Source of the DNA: Candidatus Atabeyarchaeum deiterrae
GTDB lineage: Archaea; Asgardarchaeota; Atabeyarchaeia; Atabeyarchaeales; Atabeyarchaeaceae
Direction of reading: 5' to 3'
DNA: 64,000 nucleotides
Assembly (NCBI GenBank): GCA_037310415.1
Contig: CP147780.1
Span: 1,312,001-1,376,000 of the forward strand
The number at the start of each line of letters is the position of its first letter. Position 1 is the first letter of the stretch. This document shows, piece after piece, positions 27,997-38,204 of the stretch. A program made the position numbers and the translations under genes. The notes under the pieces are model-generated. The model saw only the letters and a program-made list of their open reading frames with translations, was not told the origin of the DNA and did not search any database.

Positions 27997-29334
27997 TCAG
28001 CCTGACTTCTTACCTGTCACGTCGTGGTATGCCTTCAACGCCTTCATTGCGCCATGAATATCGTCAACGTAAACTGGTATGTTGAACTCCTCTACCTTCC
28101 TGACTACTTCTTGCATAAGAGTGTTCTCAAGTTGGATACATGCCAGAATTATCGGCTTCTTGTGTAGATTCTCAATTTTCTTCAGCATCAACTTGAAGTC
28201 AAAATGGATCTCCCTGAATGCTTCATATAATATGAGTATGCCGTCCACATTCTCATCTTTGATGAAGCAGTCGATGGCGGTAGAATACTTCTCGTACATT
28301 TCGATTCCGCTGAGCATTCTTGGAGGCCATAGGTCTACTGGGTTCTCGGCTTTCAAGATGCCTACATTTCTCAACCTTTCAATAGACTCCTTGGAGAGTT
28401 TCGCTAGCTTCAGTCCATTCTCGCCTATTGCGTTTACCGCGATTGATATTGGTCCCGAGCTTGGGCTGACAATGCCTATGTTAATCCCTTTCAGTGGGGC
28501 CTTTGTAAGGGCGAATAGCTTCGCATAACTGAACAGCTCACGGTATGTTGTTGCCACTATTGTTCCAGATTCCTGCAGGCGTGGAACCCAATAGTTGTCA
28601 ACGCAGTAGGTGATGACGGGTTTCTTCTTAGTTACATTCTGTAGGGCATCGAGTAGCGCGGATTCACGTACAGTCTTCAGAAAAACCATGATTACGTTCG
28701 ACTCAGGGTCGTCACCGAAGTAGTTCAGGATATCGCTTTCCTTCAAGTCGCAAGCATTGCCTGGAGCTATGATCTTGCTGAACCTGCAAGAAGTCGTCTC
28801 CCACCAACCAAGCCCTCCACTCAACCCTCCGCTTTGGGCAAGAAATGCTATCGGGCCTGGTTTAAGCAAGCGAAAAGGAAGTATCTGTGTCGTGAATCTT
28901 GAATGGAGGTTTGCAAGGCCCGTGGTATTCGGGCCGATGATTCTGCTGTCGGTTTCCTTGATCACCTTGAGCAGTTCTTCCTCGTATTTTGCACCAGTTA
29001 CACCGATTTCAGAGAAGCCCGAGCACTGAACCAAGATTGCCTTGATGCCTAAGCTGGCACAGCCTCTGACCACCCTAACTGTGTCTATAGGCTGGCAGAG
29101 CACGACAGCAAGGTCGGGAACCTTGGGAAGAGAACGAATGTCCTTGTAACCCTTCAACCCCAGCACCGATTTCCCTGATAGGTGAACCGGAAATATCATG
29201 CCGGGATACTTCAGAGTCTTCAGATTCTTAATAACTTGGTTTCCAAATTTGCCTCGCCTGTCAGAAGCCCCGACGATTACGACGCTCTTAGGCTCAAAAA
29301 AGAGGTCAAGAATGTCGCCGTCCTTTGAAGACAT
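27997..29334 (-). CDS. ADP-forming acyl-CoA synthetase alpha-like protein lacking the phospho-His loop
   Basis: FEPKSVVIVGAS, SGFSE, IIGPNTTG, AQSGG, GNACD, NPVDL; KxGR..SHTG segment absent. Confidence 0.82.
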   Translation of the reverse strand: MSSKDGDILDLFFEPKSVVIVGASDRRGKFGNQVIKNLKTLKYPGMIFPVHLSGKSVLGLKGYKDIRSLPKVPDLAVVLCQPIDTVRVVRGCASLGIKAILVQCSGFSEIGVTGAKYEEELLKVIKETDSRIIGPNTTGLANLHSRFTTQILPFRLLKPGPIAFLAQSGGLSGGLGWWETTSCRFSKIIAPGNACDLKESDILNYFGDDPESNVIMVFLKTVRESALLDALQNVTKKKPVITYCVDNYWVPRLQESGTIVATTYRELFSYAKLFALTKAPLKGINIGIVSPSSGPISIAVNAIGENGLKLAKLSKESIERLRNVGILKAENPVDLWPPRMLSGIEMYEKYSTAIDCFIKDENVDGILILYEAFREIHFDFKLMLKKIENLHKKPIILACIQLENTLMQEVVRKVEEFNIPVYVDDIHGAMKALKAYHDVTGKKSG

Positions 29335-29534
29335 GTTGCCGATCTCACCCTCTTCAACTGAAACGAAGACACGTGAATTTATGCAAGCCTCTTCGAGTTA
29401 GAGGTCATGAGTAATCATCATCTTTCTCCATATCTACTTTGCTTTTTTCCAGGGCGTCCCCTTCTCGCTGCCATTGTCTTGTTCATACCTCTCCTCGAAC
29501 CCAGAAGACTCTGCATGTCTTCTAAGCGATCCCT

Positions 29535-30656
29535 CTAGTTCACTTTCATTGCTTCCTCAAGAGCGGAGCATCCACCGCACCGCGGGCAGCCTGCTTTGCT
29601 GATTCCAGGGTGAAGTCCAAACTCGTTTAACACGTCTGCCACTTCTGTGTAGAGCCTTATCATTCTTTCAGTCGATGGAGGTTTCATGTTCTCCATTGTG
29701 GTTCCAGTTATTGGTCTGAAAGGAACAAGATAGGGTATGACTCCCAAGTTGGCAAGTAGTCTTGCGGCAGGGACTATGTTGTCGTCACTTTCTCCGAGAC
29801 CGGCAATGACATAGGTGCTTACCTGTCCTTCTCCGAAAAGTTCGACCGCAAATCTCCAAGCCTCAAAATACTCTTCCATTGCGGTTCTCGATTTTCCGGG
29901 GCAGATTCTCTTAAAGACAGCTTGGTCGAATGATTCAACGTGGATGCCGACAGATTCGACACCTGCCCTGGACAACTCATCCATAGTGATCATTGTCTTA
30001 GGCGGTTCGAATTGAACTTGCATCGGAAGCGAAGGGTGAATTGCCTTTAACGCTTCAACGATCCCAACATAATTCTTGATTCCCTTGTCTTCCGCAGGGG
30101 GAGTTCCCGTAGTCAACGTGACATGACTGCATACTCTCTCAGCTATTGCTTCATCGATTACTTCGATTAGCTGCCGGGGAGTCTTCCTTCCAACGGTATC
30201 ATTATCTCTAAGTGAAAGCTCGATTCCACAGAACCTGCACTGTTCTCCGCTTCTCCAGTATACACATGCCTGCAAAATCGTAGTGGCAATACAGTCAACG
30301 CTGTGGCTTAGAGCAATCTTGCTCATGGGAATACCGTCACGGGTAAGCAAGTCATAATACTTTGGCCTCTGCAGAGGTCTAACCTTATACTCAAGATCTC
30401 CGTCTCTTACTATCCATGAGTCGCCACCAAGATTAAGTAGAGAAAGGCTGGACTGCTGCGCAAACTTTGGCCAAGTTGCAGCATTTACTCCTATGTGATC
30501 GCCAAGCTGCAGGTAGAGCCCACCTGCTGGTCCAGCACCGGCTTTTCTTCCCTTCGCAATTCCTTCTGGAACCCTTATTCCTTCACAAAGTAGTTTTACT
30601 TTTAGCTCAAATAGGGATCCTGGTCCACTTGCTCTGTTGCCTTCGTCCATCGTCAT
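29535..30656 (-). CDS. Radical SAM protein, MSMEG_0568 (Nit1C NitD)-like family
   Basis: RKAGAGPAGG, PKYY..T.DGIP..KIA..H, CxxWxxxxxCRFCGIE, LTTGT, QVSTYVIAGLGE, VPFRPI.GT, AGCxxCGGCS. Confidence 0.85.
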   Translation of the reverse strand: MTMDEGNRASGPGSLFELKVKLLCEGIRVPEGIAKGRKAGAGPAGGLYLQLGDHIGVNAATWPKFAQQSSLSLLNLGGDSWIVRDGDLEYKVRPLQRPKYYDLLTRDGIPMSKIALSHSVDCIATTILQACVYWRSGEQCRFCGIELSLRDNDTVGRKTPRQLIEVIDEAIAERVCSHVTLTTGTPPAEDKGIKNYVGIVEALKAIHPSLPMQVQFEPPKTMITMDELSRAGVESVGIHVESFDQAVFKRICPGKSRTAMEEYFEAWRFAVELFGEGQVSTYVIAGLGESDDNIVPAARLLANLGVIPYLVPFRPITGTTMENMKPPSTERMIRLYTEVADVLNEFGLHPGISKAGCPRCGGCSALEEAMKVN

Positions 30657-30875
30657 CAGAACTACCTCAAACCAATGCGAACTGTCATGGCGGTGATCGC
30701 ATACACGGCTTTCCCGACAAAGAGAGTATTGTGGCTCATTCTTTTAATCCTCTTGCCTCAAACAAACCATTAACTCATTTTCATGCCGGAGAAACAATTC
30801 ACGCCTGATCTGCTTGGCGCAAGGAGAAATGAAGAATAAAGAGTTCAAAAAAGGATAGAAGATAGAGAGGACTTT

Positions 30876-32837
30876 TCACTTGTTCTTATCCTCGTCTCCT
30901 ACTTCCTTGAATTCAGCATCAACCACATCTTCTCTACTCTTTGCTTGGGACTCCGTCTGTTCCTTCTTTCCCTCGGTTGAATATGGCTGCTGTTCTTGTT
31001 GTTGCTTCGCTTGTTGTTGCTGTTGCGCCGCTTGTTGGTAAATCGCTGCCCCTGCTTCCTGTAAGACTTTGGACAGCTCTTCGGACTTCGACTTGATCTC
31101 TGAAATATCCTTTCCAGCGAGTGCTTCTCTTGCTTCTTTTGTAGCTTTTTCTATCATGTCTTTGCTATCCTTCGGTATCTTATCACCCATGTCTTTGATC
31201 AGTTTCTCTCCCTGGTAGATAATTGAATCAGCATTGTTGCGTACTTCGGCTTCTTCTTTCTTTTGCTTATCCTGTTCAGCATAGGTTTCAGCATCTCTGA
31301 CCATGCGATCCTTCTGGTCACCTCTCAACTTCGTGGAAGCAGTTATTGTTATCTCCTGCTTGTTCCCTGTACCCAAGTCCTTTGCACTCACATGAAGGAT
31401 GCCACTTGCGTCGATATCAAACGTCACCTCGACCTGCGGAACCCCCCTCGGTGCTGGTGGTATGCCTGTGAGATTGAACATTCCAAGCGATATGTTATCT
31501 GATGACATCGCCCGCTCACCCTGGAGAACATGAATGGTCACAGCAGTTTGGAAGTCTGCCGCCGTGCTGAACACTTGACTTCTCCTTGCAGGTATCGTTG
31601 TGTTCCGATCCATCACTCTCGTCATAACTCCACCGAGAGTTTCAACGCCGAGCGAAAGGGGCGTCACATCCAGCAACAGTATGTCGCCGATCTCTCCTGC
31701 CAATGCGGCACCCTGTATAGATGCGCCGATGCATACGCATTCCATTGGGTCAATGCCTCTCTCAGGCTTCTTTCCCAGCCTCTGTTCAACGAACTTATGA
31801 ACGATGGGCATCCTTGTTGGTCCACCGACAAGGATTACCTTGTCTATCTCTTGAGTAGTAGTCTTAGCGTCGTCCAATGCCATCCTCAGAGGCTCCTTCA
31901 TTTTCTCGAATATAGGAGCCACGAGTTCCTCAAGCTTCGCCCTCGTCAGCTTGTAGCCCAAGTTCTTGGGGCCACTTGCATCAGCTGCTATGAAAGGTAG
32001 GTTGACCTCCGTCTCAACCACGTTAGACAGCTCTATCTTGGCTTTTTCGCAGCCTTCCTTTAAACGATACATAGCCGTCTTGTCGTTTCTCAAGTCAATT
32101 CCCGTATCCCTCCTGAAAAGATTGGCTATGTAGTCAATTATCAATTTATCCATGTCAGTTCCCCCAAGATGCGTGTCACCATTAGTCGCCTTCACTTCGA
32201 ACACGTTGTTCCCGAACTCCATGATTGTCACATCATATGTTCCGCCGCCAAGCTCAAACACGAGGATCTTCAACTCCTTTCCAGCCTTGTCAACACCAAA
32301 AGCTAGTGCTGATGCAGTAGGTTCATTGATCAGCCTGATTGTCTTGAGCCCAGCTATTTCCGCTGCATCTTTGGTTGCCTGTCGCTGGTTGTCATTGGAA
32401 TGCGCGGGGACAGTTATGACTGCCTTTTCAAACTTCTCACCAGTCTGAGTTTCAGCGTCTCTCTTCATCTTCTGTAGAATAAATGCTGAGATCTGCTGAG
32501 GAGTGTACTCCTTCCCAAATACTCTGATCTTCTCGTTAGTTCCCATCTTTCGTTTGACTTCAAATATCGTTCCTTCAGGGTTAGTTATCGCCTGTCGTCT
32601 TGCTGGCTCGCCCACCAGCAACTGACCATCTTTCGTGAATGCAACAACTGAAGGAAATGCTTTCCCAGTAAGAGACACTCCCTCAGCGCTTTGAATAACG
32701 ACGGGTCTACCACCCATCACCACGGCCACAGCCGAATTACTCGTTCCAAGATCTATTCCAAGAACCTTCTCCTTTTTTCCCGTCTCCTTTTTCTGCCATT
32801 CAGCAGACTCATTTGTAGAGGAAGACATTGAAACCAC
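30876..32837 (-). CDS. dnaK: Molecular chaperone DnaK
   Basis: [47 protein letters not shown]; Q-rich tail. Confidence 0.97.
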   Translation of the reverse strand: MVSMSSSTNESAEWQKKETGKKEKVLGIDLGTSNSAVAVVMGGRPVVIQSAEGVSLTGKAFPSVVAFTKDGQLLVGEPARRQAITNPEGTIFEVKRKMGTNEKIRVFGKEYTPQQISAFILQKMKRDAETQTGEKFEKAVITVPAHSNDNQRQATKDAAEIAGLKTIRLINEPTASALAFGVDKAGKELKILVFELGGGTYDVTIMEFGNNVFEVKATNGDTHLGGTDMDKLIIDYIANLFRRDTGIDLRNDKTAMYRLKEGCEKAKIELSNVVETEVNLPFIAADASGPKNLGYKLTRAKLEELVAPIFEKMKEPLRMALDDAKTTTQEIDKVILVGGPTRMPIVHKFVEQRLGKKPERGIDPMECVCIGASIQGAALAGEIGDILLLDVTPLSLGVETLGGVMTRVMDRNTTIPARRSQVFSTAADFQTAVTIHVLQGERAMSSDNISLGMFNLTGIPPAPRGVPQVEVTFDIDASGILHVSAKDLGTGNKQEITITASTKLRGDQKDRMVRDAETYAEQDKQKKEEAEVRNNADSIIYQGEKLIKDMGDKIPKDSKDMIEKATKEAREALAGKDISEIKSKSEELSKVLQEAGAAIYQQAAQQQQQAKQQQEQQPYSTEGKKEQTESQAKSREDVVDAEFKEVGDEDKNK

Positions 32838-32950
32838 CTCTCTTCTATTTCATAAAATACTGAACGTGATCGTAACAGCAAACCTGCTAGAATCTCACTA
32901 TCTCAGTTCTGCAAATCGGTTATGTATACATACCCTGTTAATTTCAGGTG

Positions 32951-33673
32951 CTATTCTCCTTTATTAGTCTCCTTGCTCGTGTCGCCATCATCTACCTGCT
33001 CTTCTTCATTCGAACCCTGATTATCAGTGGCAGGTTTATTCTTCTCAGGCAAGCATGACACAACTACCATGCTCGGTCTAAGCACCCTATCATCAAACTT
33101 GTAGCCCGCTCTGACTTCTTCGATCACCGTGTCAACCGGACATTTATCCGTCTTAGTGACGGTCACTGCTTCATGCAACTCCGGCGTAAATTTCCTACCA
33201 ACGGCCTCGATCTTCACTATTCCCTCGCTCTTTAGGATCTTTAGGAGTTCCTTCAGAATCATCTCGATTCCGCTGATCAACTTGCTCGATTCGCCAATAG
33301 CTTTGCTTGCATTAATCGTTCTTTCCAAGTCATCCACAATACCAAGCAACTTCCCAGCAAGTCTCTCGCTTCCCCTTTTGACAAGTTCATCCATGTCTCT
33401 GGCTGTTCTCTTCTGGTAGTTCTCCAACTCAGCCCTAAGGTATTTGAGGGAGGTAAGATACTGCTCTGACTTCTTCTTCTCCTCATCAAGAGATTTTCTC
33501 AGAGCTTCGATTTGCTTCTCCTTTGGATCCTCAGTCGCTGTTTTTTGAATTTCCTTACTCTCTTCGCGGGACGCACGGCTCTTCATTTCTAGAGACTCCT
33601 CTATGGTTTTTTCCGCTTGACTCTTCTCGTCTTTGGGAGAAACACTTTTCTGCTTCTCGTGAGTTGTCATCAT
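32951..33673 (-). CDS. grpE: Nucleotide exchange factor GrpE
   Basis: YLRAELENYQKR, DDLER, FTPELHEAV, GYKFDDRVLRPSMVVV; upstream of dnaK; ORF to 33769. Confidence 0.95.
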   Translation of the reverse strand: MMTTHEKQKSVSPKDEKSQAEKTIEESLEMKSRASREESKEIQKTATEDPKEKQIEALRKSLDEEKKKSEQYLTSLKYLRAELENYQKRTARDMDELVKRGSERLAGKLLGIVDDLERTINASKAIGESSKLISGIEMILKELLKILKSEGIVKIEAVGRKFTPELHEAVTVTKTDKCPVDTVIEEVRAGYKFDDRVLRPSMVVVSCLPEKNKPATDNQGSNEEEQVDDGDTSKETNKGE

Positions 33674-33933
33674 TCTCAGACTCCGGAAAGAACTACACAT
33701 GCCGTAACCTTTGAAATTTGTATTCAGAGGGGCGCGTTGTGCGCATTGACCGTGCGAGAACGAGTGCACTTACATTCAAATTGATCTAAGTATCATACGG
33801 AGACACGTCACGCGCATATCAGTGCAGTGACATCCCAGTCTTCTAAAAAATGCGAATAGAACTCATATATAAACTCTTCGCAGAAACACAACCTCAATCT
33901 TCTCCATCGATTGTTGCTGCAACCGAAGGTTTT

Positions 33934-34614
33934 TCACTTTCTCCCTTTTATCACGAGCCAGAAAGGCCCCTTCCCAACTCTGCAGAACCTGCCAAGCTTT
34001 GACTTCCTGAGCAATGCAGAAGCCTCCTGTTGGGTGTAAGAGGACTGGATTGACCCAAGAGGCTCGCCAGCTCTCCTGAGAGAAGGAGGAACTATGAAGT
34101 GCTGTGCAAACCACATAAGACCGATGAAAACAGGTATAGCATCTCTTCGCATATCAGCAAGCACGCACTTCCCTCCACGCTTTAGAATCCGCGCAACCTC
34201 GTCAAAGACCTTTCTTGGCTCAGACCAGTGATGGAGTGACAGCGTGCTCACAACTAGGTCAAAAGACCCGTCCGGATAAGGGATGCGCTGAGCGTCTCCC
34301 TTCTTGAATGTCACACGTTCACCTAGACCGGCTTTCATTGCCCTGTTTCTGGCCAGCCTCACCATTTCGTCAGACAGGTCAACTCCTACTACCTTCAGGG
34401 AGGCATGCATTCCTGCAAGAGCGATAACCAAGCTTCCATTTCCACAGCCGATATCTATCGCCCTTACTCCCCTTACGTTGGTTGCCGCCTTCTGCGCTGC
34501 TAACCGCAACCCTAACTTGTACTGGGGCAGGTTCGTTATTAGACCGAATCCCTGCGCAACACTCGGATCCTCGATAGCTTCAATCCGTACTCTGCGCCTC
34601 GGAAAAACTCTCAA
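33934..34614 (-). CDS. Class I SAM-dependent methyltransferase
   Basis: IDIGCGNG, GVDLSDEM, GDAQRIPYPDGSFDLVVS, LHHW, ILKRGG. Confidence 0.9.
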   Translation of the reverse strand: MRVFPRRRVRIEAIEDPSVAQGFGLITNLPQYKLGLRLAAQKAATNVRGVRAIDIGCGNGSLVIALAGMHASLKVVGVDLSDEMVRLARNRAMKAGLGERVTFKKGDAQRIPYPDGSFDLVVSTLSLHHWSEPRKVFDEVARILKRGGKCVLADMRRDAIPVFIGLMWFAQHFIVPPSLRRAGEPLGSIQSSYTQQEASALLRKSKLGRFCRVGKGPFWLVIKGRK

Positions 34615-34751
34615 GTCACATCAACGCCCAACTCTACAGTTTCAGCAAATTGGTGGTCAATTGGCACATAAGAGAATTTCGGTAAACATCATTCCTCACC
34701 GTGCCTAATTCCAAGTTTATTTGCTTCTTACGGTATCTTCTGATCACAAGC

Positions 34752-35354
34752 CTATTCCTTGCTTCCAACCTCGTCTTTAACTGCCTGGACAAGCCTCTTC
34801 GTCTTGTGACTTCTCAAGCCAAAGAGCCTGCCCGAGAAAGCTACAACCACCGAAACCAGATCCCTTGCACGCTCCTCTTGAGAAGAGACATGCTCTTCTT
34901 CACTTACCGCAACTATCTCCGTACCATATTTCTCACATAGCCACGATATCAACTCAAACCCGATCCTGGCCAACCTATCCTCAAAGGTCACGTAGACCTT
35001 GGCAATTTTCTTCGCGGCAATATCGCCTAAAAGGTGAAACAGTCCGTCCCTTCCAAAGTTCAGCCCTGATTTGACGTCCGTGTAGACAAGCCCCTTCGGT
35101 GCAAACTCTCTGAGAAATTCAACCTGTCTATCAAGTTCCTGTTTCTGATCCCGTGACAAGACCCTAGCGTATATTGCATCTTTCCTATCCTCCTTGATGT
35201 TCAAGAGGCGCTTAACCTCACTCTCTGGAACACGTCTCCTGCCGGAAGGAAGCCTTACACAGTGCAGTTTTCCCTCTCTATCCCACACTTGAATGGTATG
35301 AACTGCGACACCCAGTATAACTGCAGCTTCCCGTGGGCTATAATTTCTCTCCAT
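34752..35354 (-). mobile_element. tnpA: IS607-family TnpA (MerR-HTH + serine recombinase), solo, catalytic Ser replaced by Leu
   Basis: YSPREAA.ILGV...TIQ.WDREGK..RLPSGRRR; YARVLS (canonical YARVSS), DVKSGLN, EDRLARIGF, DLVSVV..FSGRLFGLRSHK; no tnpB downstream. Confidence 0.88.
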
Positions 35355-35360
35355 AGTAAA

Positions 35361-35444
35361 GAATAACATCGATACACATTTATATACATTTCCAAAATCA
35401 GAAATTGCGAGTCAAGTTCATGAAAATACATGTTGATACACATT
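35361..35444. repeat. 10-bp-periodic imperfect direct repeats upstream of tnpA (candidate TnpA binding sites / IS607 left end)
   Basis: GAATAACATC-GATACACATT-TATATACATT (35361-35390) and a second GATACACATT (35435-35444). Confidence 0.55.
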
Positions 35445-35541
35445 ATTGGTATCAGGGAAGCATCCCAAGATTTTTAAGGGGCGGTACCCTAACGGTACGA
35501 CAACGCAAAGCAAAGATGAAATGTGGGGAGAATACAGTAAC

Positions 35542-37146
35542 ATGAATAGGAACATACTCTTCGCAGTGGTTATCATCGCATTGCTGGCAACCTCAGCTGC
35601 AGTATCCATCGCACCTGCTGCACCATCAAGCTTGGAGCGCTCTACAACACCTCAGCAGAGCAAAGCACCCGTAATTACGATTCCTGCGACAATGAAGTAC
35701 GAGATTAATGGCACACTTCTAGCATGGATCGATCTATCGGGGTATGCGCTTCTGAACACCAACTTACCTGCGTTTAAGTCGGCCAACATTACCATCCGCG
35801 AGTTCTACATAGGTATCAAAGTCACGGTATCATGCACTAACATAACAGTGGATTCGATAACAGGTGTCGGTAGCGCGACCGTTAATGTGACGGCAAGACT
35901 GGTGGGTCGAATGAACATATACGTCAACTTCAATGGAACTCAGGTAACTACACTCATAGACAACGTTGACGAGTACGATAGCTTGGCATGGAACGCGAAG
36001 TGGTTCGTGCCATGGGGAGACACCAAGAACTTCACCGCTCCAATTCCAGTAATTGGACCTGAGCAGGCTAACAGTAGCACGGCAAACCCTGACCCGCTGA
36101 AAATAGTGTTCACTTCGGCGAACGTTACCTCAGACTCTATACAATATGCTACAATTCGCCATGTACAATGGGACTTCAGCGATTGGATGAGAAACAAGTT
36201 ACAGTCTGCGCTTGACCAACTATGGAATAGCGTGGGAAGCATTATTCCTCCTGAAATATTGTCAAACCTTCTGGGCGGCTTTAACGTGGTCCGAAGTATT
36301 GGCAAAATCGACCTCTGGCTAGCTAACGCCACGGTCGGAGCAACACCGGTGCGCAATGTTCTACTGATGGCAGGCGGACTCATCAACCTACTGGTAAGAT
36401 GGAGTCTTCTTGGAAGCGGATCTTTCGCTGCATCCATTCCTTATATTGGGTCATTCAATGTGGACTACGACGTGAATCTGGCCGCTGAAGGCGGGCTAGT
36501 TTTCGCGCTATCTGTCACGAGCGACTACTATCGCACACACAATTTGATCGGTGACAACAAGATAAACACGTTCACAGTCAAAGTCCCTGAGAACGGCACC
36601 CTAACTTGGAAAAAGATTGGCGTGATTGTCTACTACGGTAGCCCGGCTCACAATATCGAGGTGACTGGAGGCACATCATGGGGTTACTACCAGTACCCAA
36701 CAGGTGATGACAAACTCTTCTTCGTCGACTATGGATGGGACGGAGTGCCAGACTTTGCAACTAATGGAACAGGTGACCCAACGCAGATCAATCTGGGCAA
36801 CGTGACTGGAACAACTCATTCGGGGACAAGATGGACAGTGAACTTGGACAAGGCTACAGGCTGGATATACTTTGACTTGAATGTTCCTCACGGGTACACC
36901 GTTAGGAGCATCACAAAGGACGGATCTGCACTCGGCACAACTCAATATTGGGTCGAAAACGGAGTGTTGTACGTATGTGATGACCCGACATCCAGCTACG
37001 TAATTGACTTCGTCTCTGGAGCTCCAGGTGGTACTGAATTAACGTTGTTCATCTATGTCGGAATAGCTGCAGTAGCCCTCATAGCGGTTGCGGCTTTCGT
37101 CTTCATGCGCAGAAGAAGCGTGTCGTCCACGGTTACCGTGAAGTGA
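35542..37146 (+). CDS. Secreted, C-terminally membrane-anchored surface glycoprotein (S-layer/adhesin-like)
   Basis: Signal peptide MNRNILFAVVIIALLA, many NxS/T sequons, C-terminal TM then MRRR; ORF from 35446. Confidence 0.75.
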   Translation: MNRNILFAVVIIALLATSAAVSIAPAAPSSLERSTTPQQSKAPVITIPATMKYEINGTLLAWIDLSGYALLNTNLPAFKSANITIREFYIGIKVTVSCTNITVDSITGVGSATVNVTARLVGRMNIYVNFNGTQVTTLIDNVDEYDSLAWNAKWFVPWGDTKNFTAPIPVIGPEQANSSTANPDPLKIVFTSANVTSDSIQYATIRHVQWDFSDWMRNKLQSALDQLWNSVGSIIPPEILSNLLGGFNVVRSIGKIDLWLANATVGATPVRNVLLMAGGLINLLVRWSLLGSGSFAASIPYIGSFNVDYDVNLAAEGGLVFALSVTSDYYRTHNLIGDNKINTFTVKVPENGTLTWKKIGVIVYYGSPAHNIEVTGGTSWGYYQYPTGDDKLFFVDYGWDGVPDFATNGTGDPTQINLGNVTGTTHSGTRWTVNLDKATGWIYFDLNVPHGYTVRSITKDGSALGTTQYWVENGVLYVCDDPTSSYVIDFVSGAPGGTELTLFIYVGIAAVALIAVAAFVFMRRRSVSSTVTVK

Positions 37147-37190
37147 TCTTAGAGTGCTGCGAAGAAAATCTGAGAATCATACCTAAACCC

Positions 37191-37204
37191 TTCCCTCTTT
37201 TTTT
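37191..37204 (+). terminator. Pyrimidine/T-tract archaeal terminator after surface protein gene
   Basis: TTCCCTCTTTTTTT about 45 nt after stop. Confidence 0.4.
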
Positions 37205-37385
37205 AGTGATGTTCTCATCTTTCAGAGCTGTCAGCAAGCAGCGATAGAATTCTGCGGGAATCGCAGACAAGACTCCCAAAAAGAGAAACACAGAAATAAC
37301 CGAATAGGGTACACTAATTGTCGTTCTGCAAATATTCACTCTGAATAGATTATCTGCACTGCTAGCAGATGGGGGTTGTATCTTC

Positions 37386-38132
37386 GTGGAGCGCGTGTCA
37401 ACAGGGATCGAAGGACTGGACAGATTTGTTGATGGAGGCTATCCGAAAGGACGTTCTGTTTTGGTATCCGGAGATCCAGGGTCTGGCAAGACAACTTTCG
37501 GTCTCCACTTCCTCTTGGATGGTATTGTCAACCACAAAGAGAATGGAGTCCTGGTCACTCTGATGGAGGAAGCCAAAACAGTGTTATTTGAAAACGCTGC
37601 TGAATTCGGCTTTGACTTGGCCAAGTATGAGAGCGAGGGTTCACTGTGCATTCTTGATGTTAGCCCTGTTAGAGTCGTAGTGGACAAAGAAATGGCTTAT
37701 GCTATCCCATGTGAGGAAACTGAACTCGGAACAAGAGGATTCAATGTCAGTGAACTGATCTCGCTGATAAACAAGAACATCATGCAGTCCAATGCGAGAC
37801 GCGTTGTAATAGATTCTGTAACTCCTTTGATGCTGAGCAGAAAGGATCCATTCGAAGTACGATACGATATCAGCACGATAATCAGAGCCCTAGATGCGGC
37901 TCTTGTGACGTCTCTGCTGATGTCTGAGAATCTGTCGTGTTTTGAGGAGAATGGCAAGGTTGGATTCGAATCCTTTCTCACGGATGGCGTAGTAGTTCTG
38001 AGAACCATTTGGGACAGTCGAAACATAAGGAAGCGCAACTTGGAAATTCTAAAAATGAGGGGAAGCGCTCACAGCCTCAAGCCGATTGAATATGAAATCA
38101 CGCAGAAAGGAATTCAATTGTCAATAGAATGA
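37386..38132 (+). CDS. KaiC/RAD55-like single-domain ATPase
   Basis: STGIEGLD, GDPGSGKTT, VTLMEE, RVVIDS, ESFLTDGVVVL, ILKMRGSAH. Confidence 0.92.
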   Translation: MERVSTGIEGLDRFVDGGYPKGRSVLVSGDPGSGKTTFGLHFLLDGIVNHKENGVLVTLMEEAKTVLFENAAEFGFDLAKYESEGSLCILDVSPVRVVVDKEMAYAIPCEETELGTRGFNVSELISLINKNIMQSNARRVVIDSVTPLMLSRKDPFEVRYDISTIIRALDAALVTSLLMSENLSCFEENGKVGFESFLTDGVVVLRTIWDSRNIRKRNLEILKMRGSAHSLKPIEYEITQKGIQLSIE

Positions 38133-38204
38133 CGCAACTCAAATCAGAGCGAGTTCAAACTCTTTACTTGCCATGGTGATGTTAAGAAAACAGTTCCTTT
38201 CGGT

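Noticed and set aside
29418-29486. 22-aa basic ORF (MNKTMAARRGRPGKKQSRYGER, minus strand) after the radical SAM gene as a possible peptide substrate
   Set aside because: Too short to distinguish from chance; no SPASM/RRE features in the enzyme.
33934-35354. Methyltransferase as IS607 cargo or TnpB substitute
   Set aside because: Ordinary small-molecule SAM methyltransferase, 137-bp gap, no right end identified.
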